Origin: Bdellovibrionales bacterium | GTDB taxonomy: Bacteria; Bdellovibrionota; Bdellovibrionia; Bdellovibrionales; UBA1609 | Assembly: GCA_965199935.1 (NCBI GenBank) | Contig: CBDATD010000001.1 | Coordinates: 800,531 to 864,530 of the forward strand | Length of the DNA: 64,000 nucleotides | Reading direction: 5' to 3' | Shown here: positions 29,182-39,137 of the stretch, piece by piece | Layout: every line of letters starts with the position of its first letter | Position numbering within the stretch: position 1 is the first letter of the stretch | Notes under the pieces: generated by a model | Seen by the model: the letters and a program-made list of their open reading frames with translations, nothing else | The model's database searches: none | Told to the model about the DNA's origin: nothing | Made by a program: the position numbers and the translations under genes

Positions 29182-30096
29182 ATGCATCGAATAGCCCGCC
29201 GCCTGCTTTTTAGCTGTATAGCTTTAATCGGTGTTGTCAGTTTTAGTTTTCTCTTGGTTCATTTCGTTCCTGGGGATCCTGTAGATTTAATTTTAGGGGA
29301 GCAGGCTTCCGCTCTAGATCAGATGGAATTAAGAAAACAAATGGGATTTGATCAGCCTTTGTGGCGGCAATATTTTCACTACGCAGGGCAGGCTTTTCAA
29401 TTAAATTTAGGACGCTCCGTCTATGATCAACAGCCTGTCACTTCGCATATTCAACAGGCTTTTTTCCCCACATTGTTTTTGACTTTAAGCGCTCTTTTTT
29501 TCTCTGTGCTGTGGGGAATCCCCTTAGGAGTGTTCAGTGCTGTTTATAAAAATTCTTTTTTAGATCGTTTGGGCTCTTTAGTCAGTGTGTGCGGTTTTTC
29601 CCTCCCTGTGTTTTTTTCAGCTCCTTTATTGATATGGGTTTTTGCTGTCTATTGGCCGATTTTTCCTGTCAGCGGACAAGGAGGTTTTCTTCACTATATT
29701 CTGCCTTCAGTGAGTTTGGCTTTGCCTTTGGGATCTGCTCTTTGTCAGATGAGCCGCTCCTCTTTACTTGAAATTATTCAAAAAGATTACATCCGAACGG
29801 CTCAAGCGAAAGGTTTGGGGAGGAAAAAAATTTATTTTAAACATGCATTCAAACCTGTCCTAGTGCCTATTATTACAATTTTAAGCTTGCAGTTCGCGGC
29901 TCTTCTCTCCGGTGTTATTATTGTTGAAACTATTTTTGATTGGTCTGGTTTGGGGCTGTTGCTTTTTCAGTCTATTTCTCGAAGAGACTACCCCGTGATA
30001 CAAGCCTGTGTTTTGGTTATTGCTGTTATTTATTTAACCGTAAATGTGTTGGCTGATTTTGCCTATGCTTTGGTTCATCCGCAAATGAGAAGCTAA
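29182..30096 (+). CDS. Peptide ABC transporter permease (DppB/OppB-like)
   Basis: VPGDPV, DYIRTAQAKGL, VETIFDWSGLG, RDYPVIQ. Confidence 0.9.
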   Translation: MHRIARRLLFSCIALIGVVSFSFLLVHFVPGDPVDLILGEQASALDQMELRKQMGFDQPLWRQYFHYAGQAFQLNLGRSVYDQQPVTSHIQQAFFPTLFLTLSALFFSVLWGIPLGVFSAVYKNSFLDRLGSLVSVCGFSLPVFFSAPLLIWVFAVYWPIFPVSGQGGFLHYILPSVSLALPLGSALCQMSRSSLLEIIQKDYIRTAQAKGLGRKKIYFKHAFKPVLVPIITILSLQFAALLSGVIIVETIFDWSGLGLLLFQSISRRDYPVIQACVLVIAVIYLTVNVLADFAYALVHPQMRS

Positions 30097-30109
30097 ATTT
30101 GGAAAAACT

Positions 30110-30922
30110 ATGACTTTATTGCAAAAATATTCGTGGAGAGTGAAAGCGGGCGCAGTTTTAGTGTTTCTTTTGTTTATTTTGTCTCTGCTTTCTTGGCTGT
30201 CGCCGGTGTCCGAAATCAATTTGTCCCGCAGTTATGAGTTTCCGAGTTTGGAGCATCCCTTTGGCTTGGATGAAAATGGGAGGGATGTTTTTTGGCAGAT
30301 TTTACAAGGCTCCCGCGTGAGTTTTCTAGTGGCTTTGAGTGTGGTGTTGATAGGTTTGGCTGTGGGTTTGGCGGTAGGCTCCTTATCCGGTTATTTTAAA
30401 ACCTTGGACCCCGTGTTGATGCGTATTGTGGATATGTTTTATGCTTTTCCCAATTTTTTGCTGGCTATGGCTTTAATGGCTGTTTTGGGTTCTTCCGTTT
30501 TTAATTTAATTTTAGTCATGAGTTTGAGCACTTGGGCTGTTTATGCCAGATTGGTGAGGGGGGAGGTTTTACATTTGAAGGAAAAGGAATTTGTACTAAG
30601 CGCCGGTTCTTTAGGAGCCGGCTTCATTCGTAAAATGACCGGACATATTTGGCCCAATCTGATTCCTGTTTTAACAGTGCAGACTACTTTGACTTTGGCG
30701 GGTGTAATTCTCTCTGAATCGGGTCTTAGTTTTTTAGGCATTGGCATTCCTCCGGAGGTTCCGACCTGGGGGTCGCTGATGAGAGCGGGCCGTTTGGCTC
30801 TCATAGAGGCTCCTCATTTAAGTTTTTTCCCCGGCTTGTTTTTATTTTTATTAATTTTGGGTTTTCATTTATTGGGAGAGGGGCTGAGAGAGGCCTTGTC
30901 CCCTCATGAGAGGAAGGGATGA
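30110..30922 (+). CDS. Peptide ABC transporter permease (DppC/OppC-like)
   Basis: HPFGLDENGRDV, ARLVRGE, ESGLSFLGIG.PPEVPTWG. Confidence 0.9.
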   Translation: MTLLQKYSWRVKAGAVLVFLLFILSLLSWLSPVSEINLSRSYEFPSLEHPFGLDENGRDVFWQILQGSRVSFLVALSVVLIGLAVGLAVGSLSGYFKTLDPVLMRIVDMFYAFPNFLLAMALMAVLGSSVFNLILVMSLSTWAVYARLVRGEVLHLKEKEFVLSAGSLGAGFIRKMTGHIWPNLIPVLTVQTTLTLAGVILSESGLSFLGIGIPPEVPTWGSLMRAGRLALIEAPHLSFFPGLFLFLLILGFHLLGEGLREALSPHERKG

Positions 30923-31893
30923 TTAAGTTTTTGTACATACTTTTTATTCTTTGTGTTTTATGCGCCTGGGCTTTTTTTGTTCCCTCTTACGGTTCTAAGG
31001 AGTTTGTTCAACGTTTTGAGATTGCAAAGGGAGACTCAACGAGGAAAATTATTCAAAATTTAAAACAAAGTCAGTTTATTTACTCTTATTTTCCGTATAT
31101 TTTGTTCTTAAGGCCGGTTCAATTTAAGGCAGGTGAGTATTCTTTGTCTTCCACATACAACTCTTATGAAATTTTTCGGATTTTATCTTCCGGGAAAGTC
31201 ATCTCTTACGATATTACCTTTCCAGAGGGATTTAATATGTTTGAGATGGTTGATCTGTTAAGCCAAAATAATTTAGTTTCTAGAGAAGAGTTTTTAAAAT
31301 GGAGCCGTGACCCTGATTTTATTTTGTCTTTGCTGGGGGAGAAACTAAGGAGTTTAGAGGGTTATCTTTATCCGGACACTTATAAAATCACAAAAGGCAT
31401 GCCGGCTCAACAGCTGATAAAACTAATGGTTGGCGAGTTTTTGAAAAACTATCAAAGTATTTCTTCTTCTTTTGATGCCGGTTTAACCCGTCATCAGTTG
31501 GTGATTTTAGCTAGTTTGGTGGAGAAGGAGACGGGTGCCGGCTGGGAGAGGCCCCGGATTGCTTCTGTGTTTTACAATCGTTTGAAAAAAGGCATGAGGC
31601 TTCAAAGCGATCCGACGATTTTATACGGGATGATGATGGAGCTGGGTTATATGCCTCAAAATATTCGAAAGAAAGATATCTTGAAAAAAACGGATTACAA
31701 TACATACACTGTGAAGGCTTTCCCCAAAGGGCCTATCGCCAACCCGGGCCGTTCTGCTTTAGAGGCGGTGTTGAATCCTGAGAAGACATCTTTTTATTAT
31801 TTTGTGAGCAAGAACGACGGCACTCACGTTTTTTCTGAAGATCTTAAGTCGCATGAAAAAGCAGTAGATCTCTATCAACGAAAAAAGAAGTAA
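30919..31893 (+). CDS. mltG: Endolytic transglycosylase
   Basis: LEGYLYPDTY, ASLVEKE, NRLKKGMRLQSDPT, YNTY, GPIANPG. Confidence 0.94.
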   Translation: MIKFLYILFILCVLCAWAFFVPSYGSKEFVQRFEIAKGDSTRKIIQNLKQSQFIYSYFPYILFLRPVQFKAGEYSLSSTYNSYEIFRILSSGKVISYDITFPEGFNMFEMVDLLSQNNLVSREEFLKWSRDPDFILSLLGEKLRSLEGYLYPDTYKITKGMPAQQLIKLMVGEFLKNYQSISSSFDAGLTRHQLVILASLVEKETGAGWERPRIASVFYNRLKKGMRLQSDPTILYGMMMELGYMPQNIRKKDILKKTDYNTYTVKAFPKGPIANPGRSALEAVLNPEKTSFYYFVSKNDGTHVFSEDLKSHEKAVDLYQRKKK

Positions 31894-31921
31894 CTTCGGC
31901 ATTCCTGCGGCAGTAGAGGGC

Positions 31922-32104
31922 TGTGAATATACTTGCGTGTACGAGAGCAAAGGGAGACAGAGATTCAAAGCTCAAACATGCGTTTTGCTACAGAGCAAAC
32001 TTTGTCTGCTCTGTTTCAAATCCGAACTTGTTTTCAGCCCCGTCCCCCCATCCTTTCTACGTTCTGCATCTCAAATCCGAACTCGTTTGAACCTCCGCCT
32101 GCCC
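31922..32104 (+). repeat. ~150-bp palindromic repeat family, one copy plus a 3' fragment
   Basis: Core AAAGCTCAAACATGCGTTTTGC..CAGAGCAAACTTTGTCTGCTCTGTTTCAAATCCGAACT. Confidence 0.9.
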
Positions 32105-32152
32105 GGTTTCTCTAAACCTCTCACATATACAACTGATTATTCGCACCCTCAT

Positions 32153-33313
32153 TCAAGCACTCAAAACTTTTTTAAGAGCTGTTTTCCAATGGTAGTAATG
32201 TATTCCATTAGTTTTTCTATTTTTTGGATCATTAGACCACAGTTGAGCTGTACAGGGAAGATTCCAAACAGCTGTCATTTTTCTTAATGTCTTTCCATGC
32301 TCTTGATTGACAATATCAGAGGATTTAATTTCCACCAATATCTCCTCTCCAGAAGGTTTTTGAATAATCAGATCTATCTCCTGTCCATTGCTGTCCCTTA
32401 AGTATGAAAACTTTAAATTTTTTTCATAATAGGAATTGAGCCTCATCAGCTCTAAAATAATAAATTGCTCAAAAGCCCGGCCGTATTCGTAATTTCCCTT
32501 CTCCAAAGGCATTTTTGTTTTGTTGAGTAAGGCCCGCGTGACTCCTGTATCAAAAAGAAAAAATTTTGGAGCTTGATTTTGTTGTTTTCTAACGGAGCGA
32601 TGAAAACTTTTTAAGTAAAACCCTAAATAAGTATCTGTCAAAATGTCAAAATAACTTTGTACTGTTGTATAATCTACTCTTAGTTCTCTTGCAATTTTTG
32701 AATAATTGATAATTTGGCCGCTGCATTGAGCTGATATTTCCAAAAAATCTTTAAAAGGTTTAACCTTCCTAATCAATTGTTCTACAAGCACTTCTTCTTT
32801 TAAATAGGTTTGTATGTAGGACTCTAAGTATCTGGATTTTTCCTTCATGCTCTTATATTGGATAAGCATTGGAAGGGAGCCTGCTTCCAAAACAGACTTT
32901 AGATTGAAAAAGTTTTCCCATTCAAGATGAGTTAAAGGATGAAGTTTAAAAGTGAAAAGGCGGCCGGCCAGCATATTGGCCATGCCTTTTTTTAATTTTC
33001 GAGCGCTGGAGCCTGTGAGTATGAATTGTATGTTTTTGTTTTTTTCAATCTCCAGATGAACAATATCCAAAAGTTTTGGAATTTTTTGAATCTCATCTAT
33101 AATAACTCTTTTGTAAGGAGTTTCTTCTATGAGTTGTGTGAGTAAGTCCGGATCTTGTCTAAAACGGCTCTCTTCTCTGAAAGACAATAAATTGATCCAT
33201 AGGTTTTGTTTCTTTGAAAAAGTCCGCTCCAACAGGGTGGTTTTTCCCGTTCCCCTGGCGCCAAAGAGAAAAAAACTATGTTTTCTATCTAGTTTTTGAA
33301 GTCTTTTTATCAT
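32153..33313 (-). CDS. AAA_14 ATPase with DUF4143 domain (paralog of 25391-26563)
   Basis: GARGTGKT, IDEIQKIP, LTGSSARK, KFFLFDTG, EIDL...LVEIK. Confidence 0.9.
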   Translation of the reverse strand: MIKRLQKLDRKHSFFLFGARGTGKTTLLERTFSKKQNLWINLLSFREESRFRQDPDLLTQLIEETPYKRVIIDEIQKIPKLLDIVHLEIEKNKNIQFILTGSSARKLKKGMANMLAGRLFTFKLHPLTHLEWENFFNLKSVLEAGSLPMLIQYKSMKEKSRYLESYIQTYLKEEVLVEQLIRKVKPFKDFLEISAQCSGQIINYSKIARELRVDYTTVQSYFDILTDTYLGFYLKSFHRSVRKQQNQAPKFFLFDTGVTRALLNKTKMPLEKGNYEYGRAFEQFIILELMRLNSYYEKNLKFSYLRDSNGQEIDLIIQKPSGEEILVEIKSSDIVNQEHGKTLRKMTAVWNLPCTAQLWSNDPKNRKTNGIHYYHWKTALKKVLSA

Positions 33314-33324
33314 AAATCTTTATA

Positions 33325-33384
33325 GAGTATAGATAAATTAAGGGTATAGTCAAGGAAATATCGGATAAATAAAGGATATAGTCA
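33325..33384 (-). promoter_or_regulatory. Putative sigma70 promoter with a tandem 21-bp motif
   Basis: Minus strand TTGACT-16 nt-TATACT; GATAAAT.AAGG.TATAGTCA twice at 32-bp spacing. Confidence 0.5.
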
Positions 33385-33414
33385 TGAAAATATTCGTGAA
33401 ATAGTTAAAAGACT

Positions 33415-34212
33415 TTGTTTGAACCTCTGCCTGCCTTTGTTCTTCGTGTGGCAACCTGGGTTTGTGAATATACTTGCGTGTACGAAAGCAAAGGCAGACA
33501 GAGATTCAAAGCTCAGACAGGCGTTTTGCCGCAGAGCAAACTTTGTCTGCTCTGTTTCAAATCCGAACTCGTTTGAATCTCCGCCTGCCTTTGCTCTTCG
33601 TGCGGCAGCATGGGTTTGTGAATATACTCGCGTGTACGAAAGCAAAGGCAGACGAATCTTCAAAGCTCAAACATGCGTTTTGCCACAGAGCAAACTTTGT
33701 CTGCTCTGTTTCAAAGCCGAACTCGTTTGAATCTCCGCCTGCCTTTGCTCTTCGTGCGGCAGCATGGGTTTGTGAATATACTTGCGTGTACGAAAGCAAA
33801 GGCAGACAGAGATTCAAAGCTCAGACAGGCGTTTTGCCGCAGAGCAAACTTTGTCTGCTCTGTTTCAAATCCGAACTCGTTTGAATCTCCGCCTGCCTTT
33901 GCTCTTCGTGCGGCAGCATGGGTTTGTGAATATACTCGCGTGTACGAAAGCAAAGGCAGACGAATCTTCAAAGCTCAAACATGCGTTTTGCCACAGAGCA
34001 AACTTTGTCTGCTCTGTTTCAAAGCCGAACTCGTTTGAATCTCCGCCTGCCTTTGCTCTTCGTGCGGCAGCATGGGTTTGTGAATATACTCGCGTGTACG
34101 AAAGCAAAGGCAGACGAATCTTCAAAGCTCAAACATGCGTTTTGCCACAGAGCAAACTTTGTCCGCTCTGTTTCAAAGCCGAACTCGTTTGAATCTCCGC
34201 CTGCCTTTGCTT
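33415..34212 (+). repeat. Tandem array of 154-bp palindromic units (x5.2; variant order A-B-A-B-B)
   Basis: TGGGTTTGTGAATATA at 33457, 33611, 33765, 33919, 34073. Confidence 0.96.
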
Positions 34213-34242
34213 TTCCTGCAAAAGCAATTCTTATGCCTCAAA

Positions 34243-34358
34243 ATATGATCAAAAATAAGATTTTTTGAGCGGATGATTGATGATATGATCAAAAATAAGC
34301 TTTTTTGAGCAGATGATTGATGATATGTTCAAAAACAGGCTTTTTTGAGCAGATGATT
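34243..34358 (+). repeat. 40-bp tandem repeat x3 with internal inverted repeat, just upstream of fic
   Basis: ATATG(A/T)TCAAAAA.....TTTTTTGAGC.GATGATT at 40-bp period. Confidence 0.9.
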
Positions 34359-35411
34359 ATGACCCATTTAGAGTATCCTACCTTGCAAAGTTTAGAAACT
34401 CCTCAGATTTTAAAGGAGTTGATTCCCGCTCACAAACATTTAGCTGAACTTAAAGGAATTATTCACAGCATTCCAAATGAAAAAATCCTGCTCAGCAATT
34501 TAACACTTCAAGAAGCCAAAGACAGCTCTGCTATTGAAAACATTATTACAACCCAGGACAGCTTGTATAAACACAATGCTATTCCTGATTTAAAAAATAA
34601 ACCCAATAAAGAAATCTATCATTATAGGGAAGCTTTAGAGTTTGGATACAAAAAAGTAAAATCAGATCAAGGAATTTCACTCAATACTATTTTAAGTATT
34701 CAAAAGATTATTGAACCCGATAAACCTGGTTTTCGCCGGGTTCCTGGAACAGTTATAAAAAATATATCCGAAAACAAAATTGTCTATACTCCTCCTTCTC
34801 CAGATCAGCTTCCCAAGTTTATGAACAAGTTAGAAAAATTTATAAATACAAACTCCCCAATGGATCCTATTGTAAAAATGGCTGTCATACACCATCAGTT
34901 TGAAAGCATACATCCATTTTATGACGGCAATGGAAGAACAGGGCGTATTTTAAATATTCTTTATTTGGTTCTAATGAATCTCTTAAACAGTCCTGTGCTG
35001 TTTCTCAGCCGGTACATTCAAAATAATAAATCCGATTATTATCGTTTACTTCAAAAAGTCAGAACAAAAAATGTTTGGAAAGAGTGGATCATCTATATCT
35101 TAAAGAGTGTTTCTAATACTGCGCAAAATACCACTGATTTGACTAAAAAAATTGACCGGCTGTTCAAAGAATACAAACATGTAATCCGCTCTAATCACAG
35201 ATTTTATTCTCAAGACTTAATCAACAGTATTTTTTCTCACCCTTATACTAAAGTCAAATTTTTACAGCAAGATATGAACATATCTCGAGCCACCGCCGGC
35301 CGCTACTTAGATGCTTTATGCGAAAACGATATACTTGAAAAACATAAACAAGGCAAAGATATCTATTATGTCAATACAAAACTTTTTGAACTGCTCAAAA
35401 ATTCTTCTTGA
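34359..35411 (+). CDS. Fic-family adenylyltransferase with C-terminal HTH-like region
   Basis: Canonical HPFYDGNGRTGR; N-terminal inhibitory-type SSAIEN; ISRATAGRYLDAL. Confidence 0.93.
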   Translation: MTHLEYPTLQSLETPQILKELIPAHKHLAELKGIIHSIPNEKILLSNLTLQEAKDSSAIENIITTQDSLYKHNAIPDLKNKPNKEIYHYREALEFGYKKVKSDQGISLNTILSIQKIIEPDKPGFRRVPGTVIKNISENKIVYTPPSPDQLPKFMNKLEKFINTNSPMDPIVKMAVIHHQFESIHPFYDGNGRTGRILNILYLVLMNLLNSPVLFLSRYIQNNKSDYYRLLQKVRTKNVWKEWIIYILKSVSNTAQNTTDLTKKIDRLFKEYKHVIRSNHRFYSQDLINSIFSHPYTKVKFLQQDMNISRATAGRYLDALCENDILEKHKQGKDIYYVNTKLFELLKNSS

Positions 35412-35484
35412 GCAGTAGATCCAGGTTGTCATATTTCCAAGTGCGAAACTCGGCAGTTTCTCTTGGCAGTTCCATCATCTTGCT

Positions 35485-35745
35485 TGTACGAAGAGCAAAG
35501 GCAGACGAATTTTCAAAGCTCAAACATGCGTTTTACTACAGAGCAAACTTTGTCTGCTCTGTTTCAAAGCCGAACTCGTTTGAACCTCCGCCTGCCTTTG
35601 CTTCTCCTAAGTCCGCTGTCTTTGCAGTCAGCTAGGCAGACAGAGATTCAAAGCTTAAATATGCGTTTTGTCGCAGAGCAAACTTTGTCTGCTCTGTTTC
35701 AAATCCGAACTCGTTTGAATCTCCGCCTGCCTTTGCTCTTCGTGC
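35485..35745 (+). repeat. Palindromic repeat family, two copies with alternative linker
   Basis: Cores at ~35515 and ~35650; linker TCTCCTAAGTCCGCTGTCTTTGCAGTCAGCTA also at ~39452. Confidence 0.92.
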
Positions 35746-36029
35746 AAAAGCAATTCTTATGCCTCAAAATATGATCAAAAATGATAGTGTCTGACCATTT
35801 TTGATTCGTCTGCCTTTTTTTGACAACCTTTTAACTCGGTTATTTTCGAGACCGGATTGAGCTGAGAAAAAATCTTAACTCTTTGAAAAAACTTAGAAAA
35901 TAGACAAGCACCGCCCTATAAAACAAGCTCAAAACCTCTTTATCTCAAGAGTTGGACATAAATTTGCACGTCTTTTTTATGAAATTTGAATGTGGGTCAA
36001 GTTTCAAGTAACCTATAGGGGAGGAAATT

Positions 36030-36758
36030 ATGTCTATGCAGAAAGAAAAATCGTCTCAACAAGAGATTGCTGAGATTTGGAAGCTGTTTCGGGAAACCCG
36101 CAAACAGATCCAGCTTATGTCTGACGAAACAAACCGCCAGATGAAAGACACTGATGAGCGAATGAAAGAAACCGATGAACGAATGAAAGACACTGATGAA
36201 CGAATGAAAGAAACTGATGAACGAATGAAAGACGCTGGTGAGCGGCTGAAAGAAACAGAACGAATTTTAAAAGAGGGGGCAAAAGAAACAAGAGAGCAGA
36301 TGAAAGAAACCGACCGCCGGCTGCGAAAGCTCGATTATTTATTCACCGGTCATTGGGGAAAACTCATGGAAGCTCTAACAGCAGGGGGGTTGAAGACCGC
36401 TTTGCAGGAAAGAGATATTCAAGTCACAGGAGTTTGCTCTAACGCAGAAAGAATCTACAAGGATGAAAGAAGAGAGTTTGATGTTATAGCGACCAACGGA
36501 GAAGAGCTTGTTGTGGTGGAAGTCAAAACCACTTTAAAACTAGAGCAAGTGCAGTATTTTTTAGAAAGTATTCGGGATTTTAAAAATTATTTCCCTGAGT
36601 ATAGAGATAAAAAAGTTTACGGGGCTATGGCTTATTTGAAGTCCAATGAAGGGGCCTCTCAGTATGCTGAGAAAAAGGGTTTGTTTATTTTAAATCCTGT
36701 GGGGAATATCATCAAAGTTGTCAACTCTGTCCATTTTCGCCCTGTTCAAATAGATTAG
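36030..36758 (+). CDS. Coiled-coil heptad-repeat protein with C-terminal PD-(D/E)XK nuclease-like domain (DUF3782-like), copy 1
   Basis: (D/E)TDERMK repeats; WGKLMEAL; EFDVIA...VVVEVK; GGGGAGG RBS. Confidence 0.8.
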   Translation: MSMQKEKSSQQEIAEIWKLFRETRKQIQLMSDETNRQMKDTDERMKETDERMKDTDERMKETDERMKDAGERLKETERILKEGAKETREQMKETDRRLRKLDYLFTGHWGKLMEALTAGGLKTALQERDIQVTGVCSNAERIYKDERREFDVIATNGEELVVVEVKTTLKLEQVQYFLESIRDFKNYFPEYRDKKVYGAMAYLKSNEGASQYAEKKGLFILNPVGNIIKVVNSVHFRPVQID

Positions 36759-36782
36759 ATGCTCCCAAAGCTTTATCATCAT

Positions 36783-36990
36783 CCTGGGTTTGTGAATATA
36801 CTCGCGTGTACGAAAGCAAAGGCAGACAGAGATTCAAAGCTCAAACATGCGTTTTGCCACAGAGCAAACTTTGTCTGCTCTGTTTCAAAGCCGAACTCGT
36901 TTGAACCTCCGCCTGCCTTTGCTCTTCGTGCGGCAGCCTGGGTTTGTGAATATACTTGCTTTTCCTGCAACAGCATGGGTTTGCTGAATA
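36783..36990 (+). repeat. Palindromic repeat family, one full copy plus linker fragments
   Basis: Matches array unit; GGGTTTG(C)TGAATAT repeated. Confidence 0.92.
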
Positions 36991-37235
36991 TTTGCAGGTG
37001 TTTGGCACAGCCGCTTGAAACGCTGGATCAGGCAATGTATGGGAGCAGTATTTTATTATGTTGTTTTAGAAGAGGCGGATTTTTCTGGGTTTTTATAAAG
37101 AGGAGAAAAAGTCTGTTGTATTTTGAGACACTTTTTTGTTCTGAGCTTTAAGTTTTGTTTAAGGGAGCTTGTTTTTCCTTAAGTTTGCAGGGGCCGTGTC
37201 CGATTGTTGTTTTAAGAATAATAGTGGAGGTTCTT

Positions 37236-37424
37236 ATGAAAAAACGTATTAAAAAACATATTACGGATCTGCTCAAAGATGAGTCCGGGCAAGGCACCAC
37301 CGAGTATATCCTCATCCTCGTTGGAGTTGTCGCTTTGGGTTTTTTGTTCAAAGACAAAATAGTGAGTGTCGTTAGTGGAAAAATGGACAGTTTGGGAACA
37401 GACATCAGTTCTTTTACACCATAG
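37236..37424 (+). CDS. flp: Flp type IVb pilin
   Basis: KDESG-QGTTEYILIL Flp motif; GGAGG RBS. Confidence 0.9.
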   Translation: MKKRIKKHITDLLKDESGQGTTEYILILVGVVALGFLFKDKIVSVVSGKMDSLGTDISSFTP

Positions 37425-37467
37425 GTGAAAAATGATTATAACACAGTATTGTTATTGAAAAAATAAA

Positions 37468-37701
37468 ATGATTACAGAATATGTTCTTTTAATGGTGCTT
37501 TCTGTGGCAATGGTGGCGACTGTTCTTACTGGCGGTACCCCCCTCCTGTCCGGCCAGCCGGCCGGAGGCATCCACGGCATCTTCACTGAAGGTATTCCCC
37601 AATTAGCTATTCGTATGGAAAAACATTTGATGACCGGCTATCCTTTTTGCGTTCAGTATCCTCAAGGAGGATCGAGACAGGGTTGTTCTTGGCAAGACTA
37701 G
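37468..37701 (+). CDS. Flp/TadE-like minor pilin with no visible prepilin leader
   Basis: MITEYVLLM hydrophobic helix, C-terminal Cys pair; in-frame stop four codons upstream. Confidence 0.65.
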   Translation: MITEYVLLMVLSVAMVATVLTGGTPLLSGQPAGGIHGIFTEGIPQLAIRMEKHLMTGYPFCVQYPQGGSRQGCSWQD

Positions 37702-37777
37702 ATATTTCACCTCTATACATAATGCCGCCACCTATGGGACCACCGCCGATTTGACAGTATTATCATTCATCATTATT

Positions 37778-38145
37778 CGTCTGCTCTGCCTCAAATCCGA
37801 ACTCGTTTGAACCTCTGCCCGCCTTTGCTCTTCATGTTGCAGCATGGGTTTGTGAATATACTCGCGTGTACGAAAGCAAAGGCAGACGAATTTTCAAAGC
37901 TCAAACATACGTTTTGCCACAGAGCAAACTTTGTCTGCTCTGTTTCAAATTCAAACTCGTTTGAATCTCCGCCTGCCTTTGCTCTTCGTGCGGCAGCATG
38001 GGTTCGTGAATATACTCGTGTGTACGAAAGCAAAGGCAGACGAATCTTCAAAGCTCAGACATGCGTTTTGCCGCAGAGCAAACTTTGTCTGCTCTGTTTC
38101 AAATCCGAACTCGTTTGAATCTCCGCCTGCCTTTGCTCTTCGTGC
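37778..38145 (+). repeat. Palindromic repeat family, ~2.4 tandem copies
   Basis: Matches array unit at 154-bp period. Confidence 0.93.
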
Positions 38146-38429
38146 AAAAGCAATTCTTATGCCTCAAAATATGATCAAAAATGATAGTGTCTGACCATTT
38201 TTGATTCGTCTGCCTTTTTTTGACAACCTTTTAACTCGGTTATTTTCGAGACCGGATTGAGCTGAGAAAAAATCTTAACTCTTTGAAAAAACTTAGAAAA
38301 TAGACAAGCACCGCCCTATAAAACAAGCTCAAAACCTCTTTATCTCAAGAGTTGGACATAAATTTGCACGTCTTTTTTATGAAATTTGAATGTGGGTCAA
38401 GTTTCAAGTAACCTATAGGGGAGGAAATT

Positions 38430-39137
38430 ATGTCTATGCAGAAAGAAAAATCATCTCAACAAGAGATTGCTGAGATTTGGAAGCTGTTTCGGGAAACCCG
38501 CAAACAGATCCAGCTTATGTCTGACGAAACAAACCGCCAGATGAAAGACACTGATGAGCGAATGAAAGAAACCGATGAACGAATGAAAGACACTGATGAG
38601 CGAATGAAAGACGCTGGTGAGCGGCTGAAAGAAACAGAACGAATTTTAAAAGAGGGGGCAAAAGAAACAAGAGAGCAGATGAAAGAAACCGACCGCCGGC
38701 TGCGAAAGCTCGATTATTTATTCACCGGTCATTGGGGAAAACTCATGGAAGCTCTAACAGCAGGGGGTTTGAAGACCGCTTTGCAGGAAAGAGATATTCA
38801 AGTCACAGGAGTTTGCTCTAACGCAGAAAGAATCTACAAGGATGAAAGAAGAGAGTTTGATGTTATAGCGACCAACGGAGAAGAGCTTGTTGTGGTGGAA
38901 GTCAAAACCACTTTAAAACTAGAGCAAGTGCAGTATTTTTTAGAAAGTATTCGGGATTTTAAAAATTATTTCCCTGAGTATAGAGATAAAAAAGTTTACG
39001 GGGCTATGGCTTATTTGAAGTCCAATGAAGGGGCCTCTCAGTATGCTGAGAAAAAGGGTTTGTTTATTTTAAATCCTGTGGGGAATATCATCAAAGTTGT
39101 CAACTCTGTCCATTTTCGCCCTGTTCAAATAGATTAG
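38430..39137 (+). CDS. Coiled-coil PD-(D/E)XK nuclease-like protein, copy 2 (one heptad shorter)
   Basis: Near-identical to 36030-36758; 235 versus 242 aa. Confidence 0.8.
   Translation: MSMQKEKSSQQEIAEIWKLFRETRKQIQLMSDETNRQMKDTDERMKETDERMKDTDERMKDAGERLKETERILKEGAKETREQMKETDRRLRKLDYLFTGHWGKLMEALTAGGLKTALQERDIQVTGVCSNAERIYKDERREFDVIATNGEELVVVEVKTTLKLEQVQYFLESIRDFKNYFPEYRDKKVYGAMAYLKSNEGASQYAEKKGLFILNPVGNIIKVVNSVHFRPVQID

Noticed and set aside
33457-33610. Known self-cleaving ribozyme (hairpin or hammerhead) in the repeat
   Set aside because: GAAACA and GTATATT occur on the minus strand but not in the required arrangement; no CTGANGA/GAAA core seen
33415-34212. CRISPR array
   Set aside because: Units are 154 bp and near-identical throughout, with no unique spacers and no cas genes in the window
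33382-34268. Overlapping ORFs in the repeat array (also 31933-32287, 35408-35774, 36759-37151, 37791-38194, 39138-39689)
   Set aside because: Translations of the palindromic repeat in several frames and both strands, with no RBS or family motifs
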